From Patescibacteria group bacterium (GTDB taxonomy: Bacteria > Patescibacteriota > Patescibacteriia > Magasanikbacterales > JBBTQS01), in assembly GCA_038065555.1 (NCBI GenBank), contig JBBTQS010000003.1, forward strand, positions 26,266 through 90,265: 64,000 nt of DNA, written 5' to 3'. Shown piece by piece: positions 37,020 to 48,231 of the stretch (position 1 is its first letter; every line of letters begins with the position of its first letter). The notes under the pieces were generated by a model, which ran no database searches, was not told the origin of the DNA, and was given only the letters and a program-made list of their open reading frames with translations. Made by a program: the position numbers and the translations under genes.

Positions 37020-40000
37020 TTACGCTGTCGGCTCAGTTGCAGCCGGTGCAGACTCTTGGTTGTACGCTGCAGTTGCTGACTTGAACCCTCGAGCTGCAGC
37101 TGCAAGTTCCATAGCGCTGACTGCGCCTGTGAACCCAGTACCTGCTGGGATCTTGCGTCCGATGATAACGTTCTCCTTGAGACCTTCGAGGTAATCAACC
37201 TTGCCAGTAACAGCTGCGTTGATAAGTACCTTTGCAGTTTCTTGGAACGAAGCAGACGAGAGGAAGCTCTGCGTCGAGAGGGACACGCGCGAGATACCGA
37301 GGAACAATTCCTTCACGGCTGCGTGCTTGCCACCCTTTTCTACTTCTGCGTTGGACGCACTCCACTGCGCCTTTTCGATCACTTCACCAGGGATGAGATC
37401 GGTGTCACCTGCGTCTTCTACAAGTACGCGGGAGAACATCGAGCGAATGATGATCTCAATGTGTTTGTCATTGAGCTTCTGACCCTGCGAAGCGTAGATA
37501 TCCTGAATTTCCTTGAGGATATAGCGCTGTACTGCTTCCTTGCCCTTGAGTTCGAAGAGCTGCTGGAGATCCATGTGACCTTCGGTAAGCGCATCTCCAA
37601 CATTGACGAGATCACCATCTGCAACGAGAATCTTGAAGCCCAGTGGGATAATGTACTCCTTGCTCGTAGAACCCGTACCAGAAAGCGTAACTGCCTTCTT
37701 CTGTACGCGAACCGATCCAGCAATCGGAGCCATGATCTTGGTGCCATCAGCCTTCTCGATGAGGAGATCGCCTACTGCAACACTCTTGCCATCAATTGCA
37801 TGCACTGTGTCCTTGTCTGCGAGTGGGAATACATCTTCGCGTACGCCATCGTATGCAACGTTGACGATCTTCTGACCGCGGCGGCCTTCGAAGATACGCT
37901 TGCCGTTGTGTTCGATAACTTTGCCTTCTGCTGATTCAATGTGTGCGATACCACCTACTTCTGCAACATACGCCTTCTTCTTCGGCGAACGAGCTTCGAA
38001 GAGTTCGTCTACGCGTGGAAGACCCTGCGTAATATCCTGTCCTGCAACACCACCAGTATGGAAGGTACGCATGGTGAGCTGTGTACCTGGCTCACCGATA
38101 GACTGTGCTGCAATGATACCAACTGCTGTACCCATTTGTACTGGCTTGTTGTGCGCCATATCCACGCCGTAGCAGCGTCCACAAACACCCTTCGGAAGGA
38201 GACACTTGAATACGGTGCGAACATGCACTTCTTGTACACCGGAGGTCTCAAGTTCGCGAGCATGTGGCTCGAGAATCATGCTACCAGCAGTGACGATGAT
38301 CTGCTTGGTTTCTGGATTGATAACATCAGCCATTGTGTAGCGACCTTGTACACGCTCAGAGAGCGTCTCGCCCATTTCGCGCTCAGACTCTTCGCGGGTC
38401 ACGATAACGCCGTCGAGTGTGCCACAGTCCTCTGCCAACACCACAACATCTTGTGCAACGTCTACAAGACGTCGCGTGAGATATCCTGCGTTAGCGGTAC
38501 GAAGTGCGGTGTCAGTAAGACCCTTACGTACACCGTGAGACGAGATAAAGAATTCAAGTACAGAGAAGCCTTCTTTGAAGTTACCCTTTACTGGAAGTTC
38601 GATAATGTCACCGGCTGGGTTACTTACGAGACCCTTCATACCAATCACCTGACCGAGCTGTCCCCATGAACCACGAGCACCAGATTCAATCATGGCGAAC
38701 ACTGGACCAAATGGGTGGAGCGAGTTGCGGTTGTGCTTGAGTACGCGATCTTTGATGTCAGTCCACACACCAATAATCTTGGTGTAGCGCTCGTTCTGTG
38801 TGAGGAGACCGTCCTGGTATTGTTCTTCGATCTCTGCCACAGAATCATCACCCTCATCAAGAAGCGCTTGCTTCTCAGGAACGCGTGGGAAGTCGTCCAT
38901 ACCGAGCGAGTATCCAGACTTGGTAACGTACTTGAATCCAAGATCCTTGATACCATCGAGCATGTGCGCTGTGTTCTCAACGCCTTCTTTTTCGAGTACG
39001 AGACGAACAATGTTACCGAGCTTCTTTGCAGTTACTACTTCGTTGTACCAAGGGAGCGATGCTGGCAACACGTCGTTGAATGCGATGCGACCAATGGTCG
39101 TCACCATACGTGTTGGAACACCTTCGCCAATACGCGTGCAATCTGTGCCGTCGAAGTAGACTTCGATAGGCTGCTGCAAGAGAATGATGCGCATCTTGTA
39201 CGCAAGACGAGCTTCCTGAACCGACGAGAAACGCTTCATCTTCTCCTTCGGCACATCTGCTTCTACTGGGCGCATGGTCGTCATGTAGAACGCACCCAAT
39301 ACAATATCCTGCTTTGGTGTTGCAATTGGCTGACCTGTAGCTGGCTTCAAGATGTTGCGCTCTGCAGCCATGAGATGCTCTGCTTCCCACTTTGCCTGTT
39401 CGGTAAGTGGTACGTGCACAGCCATTTGGTCACCGTCGAAGTCGGCGTTGAACGCGGTACATACGAGCGGATGAATGCGGATTGCCTTACCTTCGATAAG
39501 TCGAGGCTTGAATGCCTGAATACCGAGACGGTGAAGGGTTGGAGCACGGTTGAGAAGTACGCGCGTATTTGCTGTCACTTCTTCGAGAATGTCCCACACC
39601 TCGTCATGATCTGCTTCGATGTAGCGAGATGCAGAGCGAACGTTGTGCGCATGTCCACGCTTGATGATTTCACTCATCACAAACGGCTTGAAGAGTTCCA
39701 ATGCCATGCGCTTTGGAATACCACATTCGTTCATCTGCATGTTCGGCCCTACAACGATTACCGAACGACCGGAGTAGTCAGTACGCTTACCGAGCAAGTT
39801 CTGGCGGAAACGTCCTTGCTTACCCTTGAGAAGATCCGCGATGGAGCGCAATTTGCGGCGCTGACCAGTCGATGCAGTTACGGTCTTGCTGCGACGTGCA
39901 TCGTTGTCGATGAGCGCGTCGATAGCTTCCTGCAACATGCGCTTCTCGTTGCGTACGATAACTTCAGGCGCGTTCAATTCGAGGAGGCGCTTGAGGCGGT

Positions 40001-41003
40001 TGTTGCGGTTGATCACGCGGCGATAGAGATCGTTGAGGTCAGAAGTAGCAAAACGGCCACCATCAAGAGCTACCATCGGACGCAAATCTGGTGGAATCAC
40101 CGGAATCACGTTGAGAATCATCCACCAAGGAGAGATCTCGTTGATGTTGAGTGACTTGAGGAGCTTGAGACGGCGAATCAACTTGTCGCGCTTCGCAGTC
40201 TTGTTGTCCTTCACTTCTTCTTCAAGTGCTTCGATCGTCTTCGGAATATCGAGACGCTTCAAGAGATACTGAATTGCGTCAGCTCCGATTTGTGCGTCGA
40301 AGATATGTCCATAGCGCATGGACAATTCCTGGTAGTCGTTCTCCGAGAGAATGCGCATTGGCGCAAGCTCCTTGATTTCGCGCTCAGTGAGTACGTAGTC
40401 TTCTTCGAGTGCTGCAAGCGCTTCTTCGCCTTCTTTTTCTACTGCAGTTGCGTCAGCCTTCTTCTCTGTTGCTGCTTCGGCTTTTTGCTTGTACTCATTG
40501 GTGATCTGTTTGCGCTTGCTCTTGTACTCTTCCTTGAGCATTTCGAGTGTCTCTTCCTGCAACTTGGTGTCTACATCGGTAACAATGAAGTTCGCAAAGT
40601 AAATCACCTTCTCCAATGTCTGGATCGAGAGGTCGAGAATCGTACCGATCTTGGAAGGGATCGAGCGAAGGAACCAAATGTGGGCAACAGGTGCAGCAAG
40701 TTCGATGTGACCCATGCGCTCGCGGCGAACCAACGAGTGCGTCACTTCTACTCCACACTTGTCACACACGATTCCTTTGTAGCGAATCTTCTTGTACTTA
40801 CCACAGTAACATTCCCAGTCCTTCGTAGGTCCGAAGATTTCTTCGGCGAAGAGTCCACCTTTTTCTGGCTTCTGTGTGCGGTAGTTGATGGTTTCTGGCT
40901 TTGCAACCTCACCACTACTCCAACCGCGGATAACTTCTGGAGATGCGACGCGCAATCGAATCGCGTCGAATTCCATGGTGTGCATTGTATCGTTATGCAT
41001 CAT
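37020..41003 (-). CDS. rpoC: DNA-directed RNA polymerase subunit beta'
   Basis: 1327 aa. Conserved 'NADFDGDQMAVHVP' Mg-binding motif and zinc finger CxxC...CxxC near the N-terminus. Confidence 0.95.
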   Translation of the reverse strand: MMHNDTMHTMEFDAIRLRVASPEVIRGWSSGEVAKPETINYRTQKPEKGGLFAEEIFGPTKDWECYCGKYKKIRYKGIVCDKCGVEVTHSLVRRERMGHIELAAPVAHIWFLRSIPSKIGTILDLSIQTLEKVIYFANFIVTDVDTKLQEETLEMLKEEYKSKRKQITNEYKQKAEAATEKKADATAVEKEGEEALAALEEDYVLTEREIKELAPMRILSENDYQELSMRYGHIFDAQIGADAIQYLLKRLDIPKTIEALEEEVKDNKTAKRDKLIRRLKLLKSLNINEISPWWMILNVIPVIPPDLRPMVALDGGRFATSDLNDLYRRVINRNNRLKRLLELNAPEVIVRNEKRMLQEAIDALIDNDARRSKTVTASTGQRRKLRSIADLLKGKQGRFRQNLLGKRTDYSGRSVIVVGPNMQMNECGIPKRMALELFKPFVMSEIIKRGHAHNVRSASRYIEADHDEVWDILEEVTANTRVLLNRAPTLHRLGIQAFKPRLIEGKAIRIHPLVCTAFNADFDGDQMAVHVPLTEQAKWEAEHLMAAERNILKPATGQPIATPKQDIVLGAFYMTTMRPVEADVPKEKMKRFSSVQEARLAYKMRIILLQQPIEVYFDGTDCTRIGEGVPTRMVTTIGRIAFNDVLPASLPWYNEVVTAKKLGNIVRLVLEKEGVENTAHMLDGIKDLGFKYVTKSGYSLGMDDFPRVPEKQALLDEGDDSVAEIEEQYQDGLLTQNERYTKIIGVWTDIKDRVLKHNRNSLHPFGPVFAMIESGARGSWGQLGQVIGMKGLVSNPAGDIIELPVKGNFKEGFSVLEFFISSHGVRKGLTDTALRTANAGYLTRRLVDVAQDVVVLAEDCGTLDGVIVTREESEREMGETLSERVQGRYTMADVINPETKQIIVTAGSMILEPHARELETSGVQEVHVRTVFKCLLPKGVCGRCYGVDMAHNKPVQMGTAVGIIAAQSIGEPGTQLTMRTFHTGGVAGQDITQGLPRVDELFEARSPKKKAYVAEVGGIAHIESAEGKVIEHNGKRIFEGRRGQKIVNVAYDGVREDVFPLADKDTVHAIDGKSVAVGDLLIEKADGTKIMAPIAGSVRVQKKAVTLSGTGSTSKEYIIPLGFKILVADGDLVNVGDALTEGHMDLQQLFELKGKEAVQRYILKEIQDIYASQGQKLNDKHIEIIIRSMFSRVLVEDAGDTDLIPGEVIEKAQWSASNAEVEKGGKHAAVKELFLGISRVSLSTQSFLSSASFQETAKVLINAAVTGKVDYLEGLKENVIIGRKIPAGTGFTGAVSAMELAAAARGFKSATAAYNQESAPAATEPTA

Positions 41004-41014
41004 AGTGGTGAGCG

Positions 41015-44000
41015 TTAGCGTGAACGATCTTCATCGTATGCCCCCATCTCCTCCTCTTCGGTGAGTGCGGTATACGTGTCGCCATCGCGCTTGAGCAATT
41101 CAACATCGAGGCACAGACCCTTCAATTCACGTGTAAGTACGTGGAAGGATTCTGGGATGTTGATACGCGTGATGGATTCGCCCTTAATAATTGATTCATA
41201 CGCCTTGCTGCGTCCTGGAACATCGTCTGACTTGATCGTGAGGATTTCCTGCAAGGTATTTGCAGCACCGTACGCTTCGAGCGCCCATACTTCCATTTCT
41301 CCGAAACGCTGACCACCGAACTGCGCCTTACCACCAAGTGGCTGCTGCGATACGAGTGAGTATGGTCCGATAGAACGCTGGTGAATCTTGTCTTCAACCA
41401 TGTGGTTGAGCTTGAGCACGTAGGTGTAACCAACCGTCGTCTTGTGGTCAAACGGTTCACCAGTACGGCCGTCGAGCAACTGCGCCTGTCCATCTACTGG
41501 AAGTCCTGCGCTAGCAAGCAACTCCTTGATCTGTTCTTCCGTAAGTCCATTGAGTGGTGGCGTTGCTACGCGGTGACCGTGTGCATTTGCTGCGAGACCT
41601 GCGTGGTTCTCGAGAATCTGACCGAGGTTCATACGCGAGATAACACCCAGTGGCGAAAGAATGATGTCCACTGGCGTACCGTCTGGCAAAAATGGCATGT
41701 CCTCTACTGGAACAACGCGTGAGATAACACCCTTGTTACCGTGACGACCTGCAACCTTGTCACCTACCTGCACCTTGCGCATGTCTGCAACAGTGACTTG
41801 GAGCTGCTTGATAACACCTGGCTGCAACTTGTCGCCGTCGTCTGCGCTGAACGTCTTGATCTCAATAACTTTGCCGTGCTCACCGTGCTCGAGATACTTC
41901 GAAGAGTCGCGCACGTCGCGTGCCTTCTCACCGAAGATTGCGCGGAGCAATTTTTCTTCTGCTGAGAGTTCGGTTTCGCCCTTTGGTGTGATCTTACCAA
42001 CAAGGATGTCACCAGACTTCACCTCAGCACCGATGCGAACTACACCTTCGGAATCGAGGTTGTGCAACTTTTCTTCCGAAACGTTTGGAATGTCGGATGT
42101 GACCATTTCAGGTCCGAGCTTGGTTTCGCGAACATCAACCATGTAGTCCTCAATGTGGATCGAGGTAAATCGGTCGTTGTGTACGAGACGCTCAGAAATG
42201 ATGACAGCATCTTCATAGTTGTATCCATCCCATACCATGTATGCGACGAGTACGTTCTGTCCGAGTGCGAGTTCACCGTTCTCTGTCGAAGGTCCGTCTA
42301 CAAGCGCGTCACCAGCCTTCACCTTTTGACCAGGGCGCACAATTGGGCGCTGGTTGATCGCAGTGGAGTGGTTGCTGCGCAAATATTTGTTGAGCGAGAT
42401 TTTCTTTTCGCCGCCCTTCTTGTACTTCATGGTTACTTGCGTACCGTCTACCGACGCAACTTCACCATCTTCGGTCGCAAAGAGTACGTGGCCGGAATAT
42501 CGTGCCGCAGTCTTCTCCACACCTGTTCCAACAAATGGAGCGTCTGGAGTGATACATGGTACTGCCTGACGTTGCATGTTCGTTCCCATGAGCGCACGTG
42601 TAGCGTCATCGTGCTCGAGGAATGGAATCATCGAAGTAGCAATCGAGATAATCTGGTTGCTCGAGACATCCATGTAGTCGATGTTGGTGACGTCTTCGAA
42701 TCCTGGCTCACCGTGGCGGCGAACTGGAGCTTTTTCGTCCACGAAGAATCCCTTCTCATCAACAGGTGTCGTTGCAATGGTTGTAACCGACTTCTCTTCT
42801 TGGAACGCGTTGAGATACACGATCTCATCCGTCACGCGTGCACGGCCCTTCTCCTGTACTACCTTGCGGTATGGAGTCTCGATAAATCCGTAGTCGTTCA
42901 CAATTGCGTAGGACGCAAGGTGACCTACGAGACCAATGTTCGGTCCTTCAGGAGTTGCAATAGGACAAATACGTCCGTAGTGCGTAGGATGCACGTCACG
43001 AACATCGAATCCTGCGCGATCGCGCGAAAGTCCACCAGGTCCAAGAGCCGAGAGACGACGCTTGTGCTCCAACTCAGCAAGTGGGTTGGTCTGGTCCATG
43101 AACTGCGAGAGCTGCGAGCTCATGAAGAATTCGCGAACGGCACCAATCACTGGGCGCGCGTTGATGAGCTTGCTCGGCGTGAGTCCTTCGATCTCATACG
43201 TGCTCATGCGATCCTTCACGATGCGCTCCATGCGAGAGAGACCGATGCGGAAACGATTCTGAACCAATTCTCCAATCGCGCGGATACGGCGGTTGCCAAG
43301 GTGGTCAATATCGTCTGCCTCTTCCTGAGAGACGTTGAGACGGATCACTTCGCGAATAATGCGGAGGATGTCTTCCTTGGTGAGAATACGTGTGGTGCGT
43401 GCTGCCTTGCCCTCGAGATCTGCCTCTACTGTTGGCATGGAAAAACGCTCATTCATCTTGTAGCGACCTACACGACCCAAGTCGTATCGATCGAAGTTGA
43501 AGAACATCGCGTGGATGAGCGAGCGAGCGTTGTCTACGGTTGCAAGATCACCTGGGCGAATACGCTTGTACACTTCCTGGAGACCTTCGTCTTCGTTGCT
43601 TGCAGAGTCCTTCTTGAGGGTTGCTTCTACGTAGTCAATCTGTGGGTGCGTGTTGACATCCTTCAAGAGCTGACGGATTTCCTCAGATTCAGAGTAGCCA
43701 AACGAACGCAACAATGTTGTTGCTGCTACTTTGCGCTTGCGATCTACCTTGACCCAGAGCACGTTGTTGCTATCTGTCTCGATTTCGATCCAGGCACCGC
43801 GGTTCGGGATAATCTTTGCACCGTAGAACTTGCGGCCACGAACGTTCTCCGAAGTGAAGAACGCTCCTGGAGAACGAATAAGCTGCGAAACAATGACACG
43901 CTCGATACCATTCACAATGAATGTACCGCGGTCTGTCATGATAGGTACGTCGCCAAGATATACTTCCTGTACCTTCTCGTCCTTTGTGCGATTGTTCACG

Positions 44001-44293
44001 AGACGTGTCTTGACGCGAAGTGGTGCCTCGAACGTAATGTTTTTCTTGCGGCACTGCATTTCGTCGAACTTCGGCTCATCGAGGTAGTAATCCTCGAACG
44101 AAAGCGCCAAATCACGACCAGTGAAGTCCTTGATCGGGGAAATTTCCTCGAACAATTCGCGGATCCCCTTGTCGAAGAACCACTTGTACGACGTGTTTTG
44201 GATCTGAATAAGATCCGGAGTCTCCATAGCTGGGAGAATTGAAGTGAAATACTTCCGTTCTGCCGCCATGTTGCGGTTGCGCTTGTACTGCAT
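41015..44293 (-). CDS. rpoB: DNA-directed RNA polymerase subunit beta
   Basis: About 1092 aa; start taken at ATG 44291-44293 (MQYKRNRN..., which aligns with Bacillus RpoB N-terminus QYGRHRQRRSY). The track ORF begins 2 codons earlier at TTG. Confidence 0.95.
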   Translation of the reverse strand: MQYKRNRNMAAERKYFTSILPAMETPDLIQIQNTSYKWFFDKGIRELFEEISPIKDFTGRDLALSFEDYYLDEPKFDEMQCRKKNITFEAPLRVKTRLVNNRTKDEKVQEVYLGDVPIMTDRGTFIVNGIERVIVSQLIRSPGAFFTSENVRGRKFYGAKIIPNRGAWIEIETDSNNVLWVKVDRKRKVAATTLLRSFGYSESEEIRQLLKDVNTHPQIDYVEATLKKDSASNEDEGLQEVYKRIRPGDLATVDNARSLIHAMFFNFDRYDLGRVGRYKMNERFSMPTVEADLEGKAARTTRILTKEDILRIIREVIRLNVSQEEADDIDHLGNRRIRAIGELVQNRFRIGLSRMERIVKDRMSTYEIEGLTPSKLINARPVIGAVREFFMSSQLSQFMDQTNPLAELEHKRRLSALGPGGLSRDRAGFDVRDVHPTHYGRICPIATPEGPNIGLVGHLASYAIVNDYGFIETPYRKVVQEKGRARVTDEIVYLNAFQEEKSVTTIATTPVDEKGFFVDEKAPVRRHGEPGFEDVTNIDYMDVSSNQIISIATSMIPFLEHDDATRALMGTNMQRQAVPCITPDAPFVGTGVEKTAARYSGHVLFATEDGEVASVDGTQVTMKYKKGGEKKISLNKYLRSNHSTAINQRPIVRPGQKVKAGDALVDGPSTENGELALGQNVLVAYMVWDGYNYEDAVIISERLVHNDRFTSIHIEDYMVDVRETKLGPEMVTSDIPNVSEEKLHNLDSEGVVRIGAEVKSGDILVGKITPKGETELSAEEKLLRAIFGEKARDVRDSSKYLEHGEHGKVIEIKTFSADDGDKLQPGVIKQLQVTVADMRKVQVGDKVAGRHGNKGVISRVVPVEDMPFLPDGTPVDIILSPLGVISRMNLGQILENHAGLAANAHGHRVATPPLNGLTEEQIKELLASAGLPVDGQAQLLDGRTGEPFDHKTTVGYTYVLKLNHMVEDKIHQRSIGPYSLVSQQPLGGKAQFGGQRFGEMEVWALEAYGAANTLQEILTIKSDDVPGRSKAYESIIKGESITRINIPESFHVLTRELKGLCLDVELLKRDGDTYTALTEEEEMGAYDEDRSR

Positions 44294-44518
44294 AGGCAAG
44301 GGAATAAATACAAAAAGTCACCCGAAGACTAATCGGGATCTTTCTAAAATTCTCGCAAATTTTGGACAAATTTCTGCAAGGTTGACATGGAGATTTCCTT
44401 GCACGCAGAGGGTCCAGATGGTCCTCCGCGAGTCCGCACTACTATACGGCACCAATCTGTCTATGTCAAATGAACGAATGACACAGTTTATCCACAGGTA
44501 GAGATGCCTAGCGGGTAC

Positions 44519-44547
44519 TTGACAAACTTGAGGGTGGGTGGTATAGT
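44519..44547 (+). promoter_or_regulatory. near-consensus sigma70 promoter P1: TTGACA-17-(TGg)TATAGT
   Basis: -35 at 44519-44524 and extended -10 at 44539-44547, on the strand opposite to rpoB, pointing toward ftsK 550 bp away. Confidence 0.45.
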
Positions 44548-44850
44548 CCTTCGTTCATTTCATCCCATAGGGAAAGCTGCGGGGAGAGGGGCGCACGGAC
44601 CGCGAAACGGAACGTGTGTAGCAACTGACGTAGGAATACGAGGCTCCGGCTTTGGATCACCTGCTGAGGGCGCTGATGCGACAGGGAGTAGCTCTGCTAT
44701 TCACCATCGCTTCCTCTCCGCACTTTTCCCGATGGACAAATCACCACACCTGTGCCGCTAGGGCGCAGGGCACCTTCGGGCATCTGTCTTGGTCTTTACA
44801 TCCTCCATTCAATGCCCTACTGCCTTGCGCTCTGGCGGTGTTTTGTTTTC

Positions 44851-44878
44851 TTGACAGCGTATTCCTATGCGCTACACT
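44851..44878 (+). promoter_or_regulatory. sigma70-like promoter P2: TTGACA-16-TACACT
   Basis: -35 at 44851-44856 and -10 at 44873-44878, preceded by a U-rich tract (GGTGTTTTGTTTTC) that could end a P1 transcript. Confidence 0.35.
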
Positions 44879-45077
44879 AGACGTGTGACACTGCTCCTTC
44901 GACATCTTCTTTTTTGGGCTGCGATTCTCTATACACTGCATCACGTAAGAGCAGAAAGTACAACTCTCTCCTCGCCACAGACCCTCACGGGTATGTGGTC
45001 ACTTTCTCCTTTTGTGCGATACAAACTAGTGTGGTAGCGACTCGCAGCCCAAAGAAGGAGATTTTTTTATTGTTTTT

Positions 45078-45086
45078 TGCTATACT
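45078..45086 (+). promoter_or_regulatory. extended -10 element TGCTATACT proximal to ftsK (P3)
   Basis: AT-rich upstream tract; ATG of ftsK at 45105, giving a leader of about 10 nt with no SD. Confidence 0.3.
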
Positions 45087-45104
45087 AGGCGTGCATTTTC
45101 GCCT

Positions 45105-47480
45105 ATGGCACATCGTCGATCTTCTTCCGGATGGAACATCACGCTCAATCCGGAAATTAAGCGAGGTATTCTCGCGGTTTTTCTCTTTTTGATTGCTATC
45201 CTTGCAGCGCTGAGCTTCTTCGGCCGCGCTGGCATGCTCGGCACCTTCGTTGATTCATTCTTCTCACTCTTCTTCGGCATTGCGAAATACGTCATGCCGA
45301 TATTGCTCGTGGTGTGGGCAGTACTCATCGAGCGCGAGGACGCGAACGGATATCGCGCGACACACATTATCGGAGTTGCGCTCATGACACTTTCGCTCTC
45401 TGGGCTGATTCACTTGTTCCTCGCAGATCCTGACATGCTCGCAGCCGCACTTCGTGGTGAGGGCGGTGGATTGGTCGGACTCGTGCTCAGCTATCCGCTC
45501 ATGCGCGCATTTGATTTTTGGGTCTCACTCATCGTACTGATTATTTTGCCGCTTGTTTCGTTGTTATTCCTTTTCAATACGACACTCTCCGAGATTGCAC
45601 ATTTTTTCTACGGCGTTTTCAGATTCTTCACCGCACCATTTCGCTTTTTCGGTTCGGCGTTGCAACCTGCGAAGGTTGAGCGCGTGCGCGTAATCGGCGC
45701 GTACGAAGGAGACGAAGTACCAAATGCTCCAGAATTCCAGAACAAAAAACTCGCTGACGCAGCGATCAAGAAGGCTGCTGCCGAGGAGACAGAAGATGAG
45801 GACGAGGATGAAGAAGAGGAAGAGGTCGACGAGCCAGTTCGCATGGCTCCAGCTACAGCGAAGACTGGCACGTTGCGCGCCAATCCATATCCAGTAGTCA
45901 GCACCAAGGGACTCCCCCCACTATCCATTCTCACTACTAATTCGAGCAAGCCAACTGCAGGCGACATCAAGAAAAACGCGCAAGCAATCAAGGATACGCT
46001 CGCACAATTTGGCGTTGATGTGGAGCTCGGAGATGTTCGTGTAGGCCCGACAATTACACAGTACGCTGTCAAACCAATGCGTGGTATCAAACTCTCCCGC
46101 ATTACCGCACTCTCCAACGACTTAGCACTCGAACTCGCTGCACACCCAATTCGTATCGAAGCGCCAATTCCTGGCGAATCGTATGTTGGTATCGAGGTTC
46201 CTAACCAACGCATTGCGATGGTTACACTGAAGGAGCTTTTTGAATCTGACGCATACAAGTTGCGTGAGAACAACATGATGGTTGCACTGGGCAAAGACGT
46301 AGGAGGCAACGTGTGGTTCGCAGATCTCACGAAGATGCCCCACATGCTCGTTGCAGGTGCTACAGGTTCGGGAAAAACCGTCTGTATCAACTCAATCATT
46401 CTCAGTCTCATCTATCAGAACACTCCTGAGACATTGCGATTCATTTTCGTGGATCCAAAGCGCGTTGAGCTCACGTTGTACAACGGCATTCCTCACTTGC
46501 TGACGCCTGTTATCACGGACGTGAAGAAGACAATCAACGCACTGCGCTGGGCCATTGCCGAAATGGAACGACGATTTGATGTACTCGCTGCTGCTCGCAA
46601 GCGCGACATCGGCTCGTACAATGCTGATGCGAAGGAAAAGCTTCCATACATTGTCTTCGTGATCGACGAGCTTGCTGATCTCATGACAACGTCACCAAAA
46701 GAAGTGGAAGCAGGCATTGTCCGTCTCGCACAAATGGCACGCGCCGTCGGTATCCACCTCATTCTCGCAACACAGCGACCAAGTGTCGACGTTATCACAG
46801 GGCTCATCAAAGCCAACATTCCAGGACGCGTTGCATTCTCCGTAGCGTCACTGGTTGATTCGCGCACGATCCTCGATATGTCTGGCGCAGAGAAATTGCT
46901 CGGTCGTGGTGACATGTTGTTCCTCAGCCCCAACCTCGGCAAACCAAAGCGTCTCCAAGGTGCCTACATCAGTGACAACGAACTCAAAGCAGTTGCAAAC
47001 TACATCAAGGAAGACGAACCACCACAATACGACCTGAGCATCGCAGAAAAAGGTCCAAGCAGCAGCAACGGATCAACAATTTTTGGTGCACCTGATAATG
47101 ATCGCGATCCACTCTTCGACGAAGCAAGAGAGATCGTGGTGCGCGAGGGCAAGGCTTCGGCTTCCCTTCTCCAGCGCAGGCTCAAACTCGGATATGCGCG
47201 CGCAGCACGCGTACTCGATGAACTCCAAGATGCCAACATCATTGGTCCAGGCGACGGAGCAAAACCGCGTGAAATTTTGATCAGTGCGAAGGAACTTGCT
47301 ACAATGGACGCTACTGATGCTTCACTTGATTCGATTCCGACGTCTGGCATGCACACACCACTTGCACAAGAGCCAGATGCATTCGAAGCAATGGACGACG
47401 AAGTTGAGGAAGACGACGCATCAGACCCAGACGACGAACCACCGTATGACGACGCTTCAAAAGAAGCAACTTCCGCGTGA
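45105..47480 (+). CDS. ftsK: DNA translocase FtsK/SpoIIIE
   Basis: N-terminal 4-5 TM helices; acidic linker (EDEDEDEEEEEVDE); motor domain with Walker A 'GATGSGKTV'; C-terminal gamma (winged-helix) domain 'LQRRLKLGYARAARVLDEL'. Confidence 0.9.
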   Translation: MAHRRSSSGWNITLNPEIKRGILAVFLFLIAILAALSFFGRAGMLGTFVDSFFSLFFGIAKYVMPILLVVWAVLIEREDANGYRATHIIGVALMTLSLSGLIHLFLADPDMLAAALRGEGGGLVGLVLSYPLMRAFDFWVSLIVLIILPLVSLLFLFNTTLSEIAHFFYGVFRFFTAPFRFFGSALQPAKVERVRVIGAYEGDEVPNAPEFQNKKLADAAIKKAAAEETEDEDEDEEEEEVDEPVRMAPATAKTGTLRANPYPVVSTKGLPPLSILTTNSSKPTAGDIKKNAQAIKDTLAQFGVDVELGDVRVGPTITQYAVKPMRGIKLSRITALSNDLALELAAHPIRIEAPIPGESYVGIEVPNQRIAMVTLKELFESDAYKLRENNMMVALGKDVGGNVWFADLTKMPHMLVAGATGSGKTVCINSIILSLIYQNTPETLRFIFVDPKRVELTLYNGIPHLLTPVITDVKKTINALRWAIAEMERRFDVLAAARKRDIGSYNADAKEKLPYIVFVIDELADLMTTSPKEVEAGIVRLAQMARAVGIHLILATQRPSVDVITGLIKANIPGRVAFSVASLVDSRTILDMSGAEKLLGRGDMLFLSPNLGKPKRLQGAYISDNELKAVANYIKEDEPPQYDLSIAEKGPSSSNGSTIFGAPDNDRDPLFDEAREIVVREGKASASLLQRRLKLGYARAARVLDELQDANIIGPGDGAKPREILISAKELATMDATDASLDSIPTSGMHTPLAQEPDAFEAMDDEVEEDDASDPDDEPPYDDASKEATSA

Positions 47481-48159
47481 GGGCGCCTTGTGCATCCGCA
47501 TTCAGGCACTTCGCAAGGAATCTCGATTTACATTAGAAGAATTGGCGCGGGCAACACACGTTCCGCTCCATCATTTGCGCGCGCTTGAGGCGTGTGAATA
47601 CGATCGCCTTCCCGAAGGAATGTATCGACGCGCCATTGTCCAAAAAGTTCTCGCAGTATTGCACGCAGATCCAAGCGAGTACGACACCGATATTGATTTG
47701 ATCATTGATACGACTCCTGGTTCGCAGTGGAAGGAACGCGCAACAGGGCACAAGGCCCCTGGATTCTCATTGCGCTTCGCTTCGTTGATTACTTGCAGCG
47801 TACTCATCGTTGGATACCTTGGATTTCAATTGTACGCATTGGTTCGCCCACCATCACTTACGATCCTCTCTCCAGAATCAGGATCTACTGTGGAGGAATC
47901 ACGCGTGACAATTTCTGGACTCACAGACAAAATGGCTACGATCGAGATTAATGGCATCACTGTTCTTGCTGGATCGCGCGGTGATTTCCGCCAGGAAGTC
48001 CCTCTGCGAACCGGTATGAACACGCTCATCATTCAGGCAAAAAAGAAGTTCGGTGGCTCAACTACCGAGCGTATGACAGTGTTCCTTCCTCAACCAGATA
48101 GTGAAGCGCAACCTTCCGCAGCTACATCCACACCCATCGTGCTTGCACCTGCGCAGTGA
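47446..48159 (+). CDS. HTH (XRE-like) plus single-TM protein, RodZ-like
   Basis: HTH 'IRIQALRKESRFTLEELARATHVPLHHLRALE', one TM helix, then a periplasmic Ser/Thr/Pro tail. The start is uncertain: ATG 47446 overlaps the ftsK end; an alternative TTG lies at 47490. Confidence 0.5.
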   Translation: MTTLQKKQLPREGALCIRIQALRKESRFTLEELARATHVPLHHLRALEACEYDRLPEGMYRRAIVQKVLAVLHADPSEYDTDIDLIIDTTPGSQWKERATGHKAPGFSLRFASLITCSVLIVGYLGFQLYALVRPPSLTILSPESGSTVEESRVTISGLTDKMATIEINGITVLAGSRGDFRQEVPLRTGMNTLIIQAKKKFGGSTTERMTVFLPQPDSEAQPSAATSTPIVLAPAQ

Positions 48160-48231
48160 CTGGGACTACAATGAAAGGAGCGCCGAAGTGTAAGGGGGAT
48201 TTTGGCGCCCTCATTATTAGTTTCCAGCTGT

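Noticed and set aside
38715-40154. 479-aa plus-strand ORF
   Set aside because: Antisense within rpoC; no RBS and no domain signature.
42062-44242. 726-aa ORF on the plus strand
   Set aside because: Entirely antisense to the highly conserved rpoB coding sequence; Arg/Leu/Val-rich with no motifs. Long antisense ORFs are expected opposite GC-skewed conserved genes.
44297-44299. TTG start for rpoB (the track ORF begins 2 codons earlier)
   Set aside because: Alignment with known RpoB N-termini favours the ATG at 44291-44293 (MQYKRNRN...); the difference is minor.
44294-45104. RNase P RNA, tmRNA or SRP RNA in the long spacer
   Set aside because: Only partial motif fragments found (CCATAGGGAAAG, CCGGCTT, GCGCAC...GAAACGG) in the wrong order or spacing. 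No tRNA-like 3' end, no tag-peptide frame and no domain IV consensus.
45608-46411. 267-aa minus-strand Ser-rich ORF
   Set aside because: Antisense to the ftsK motor domain; low-complexity poly-Ser mirrors the GAA/GAG-rich linker of ftsK.
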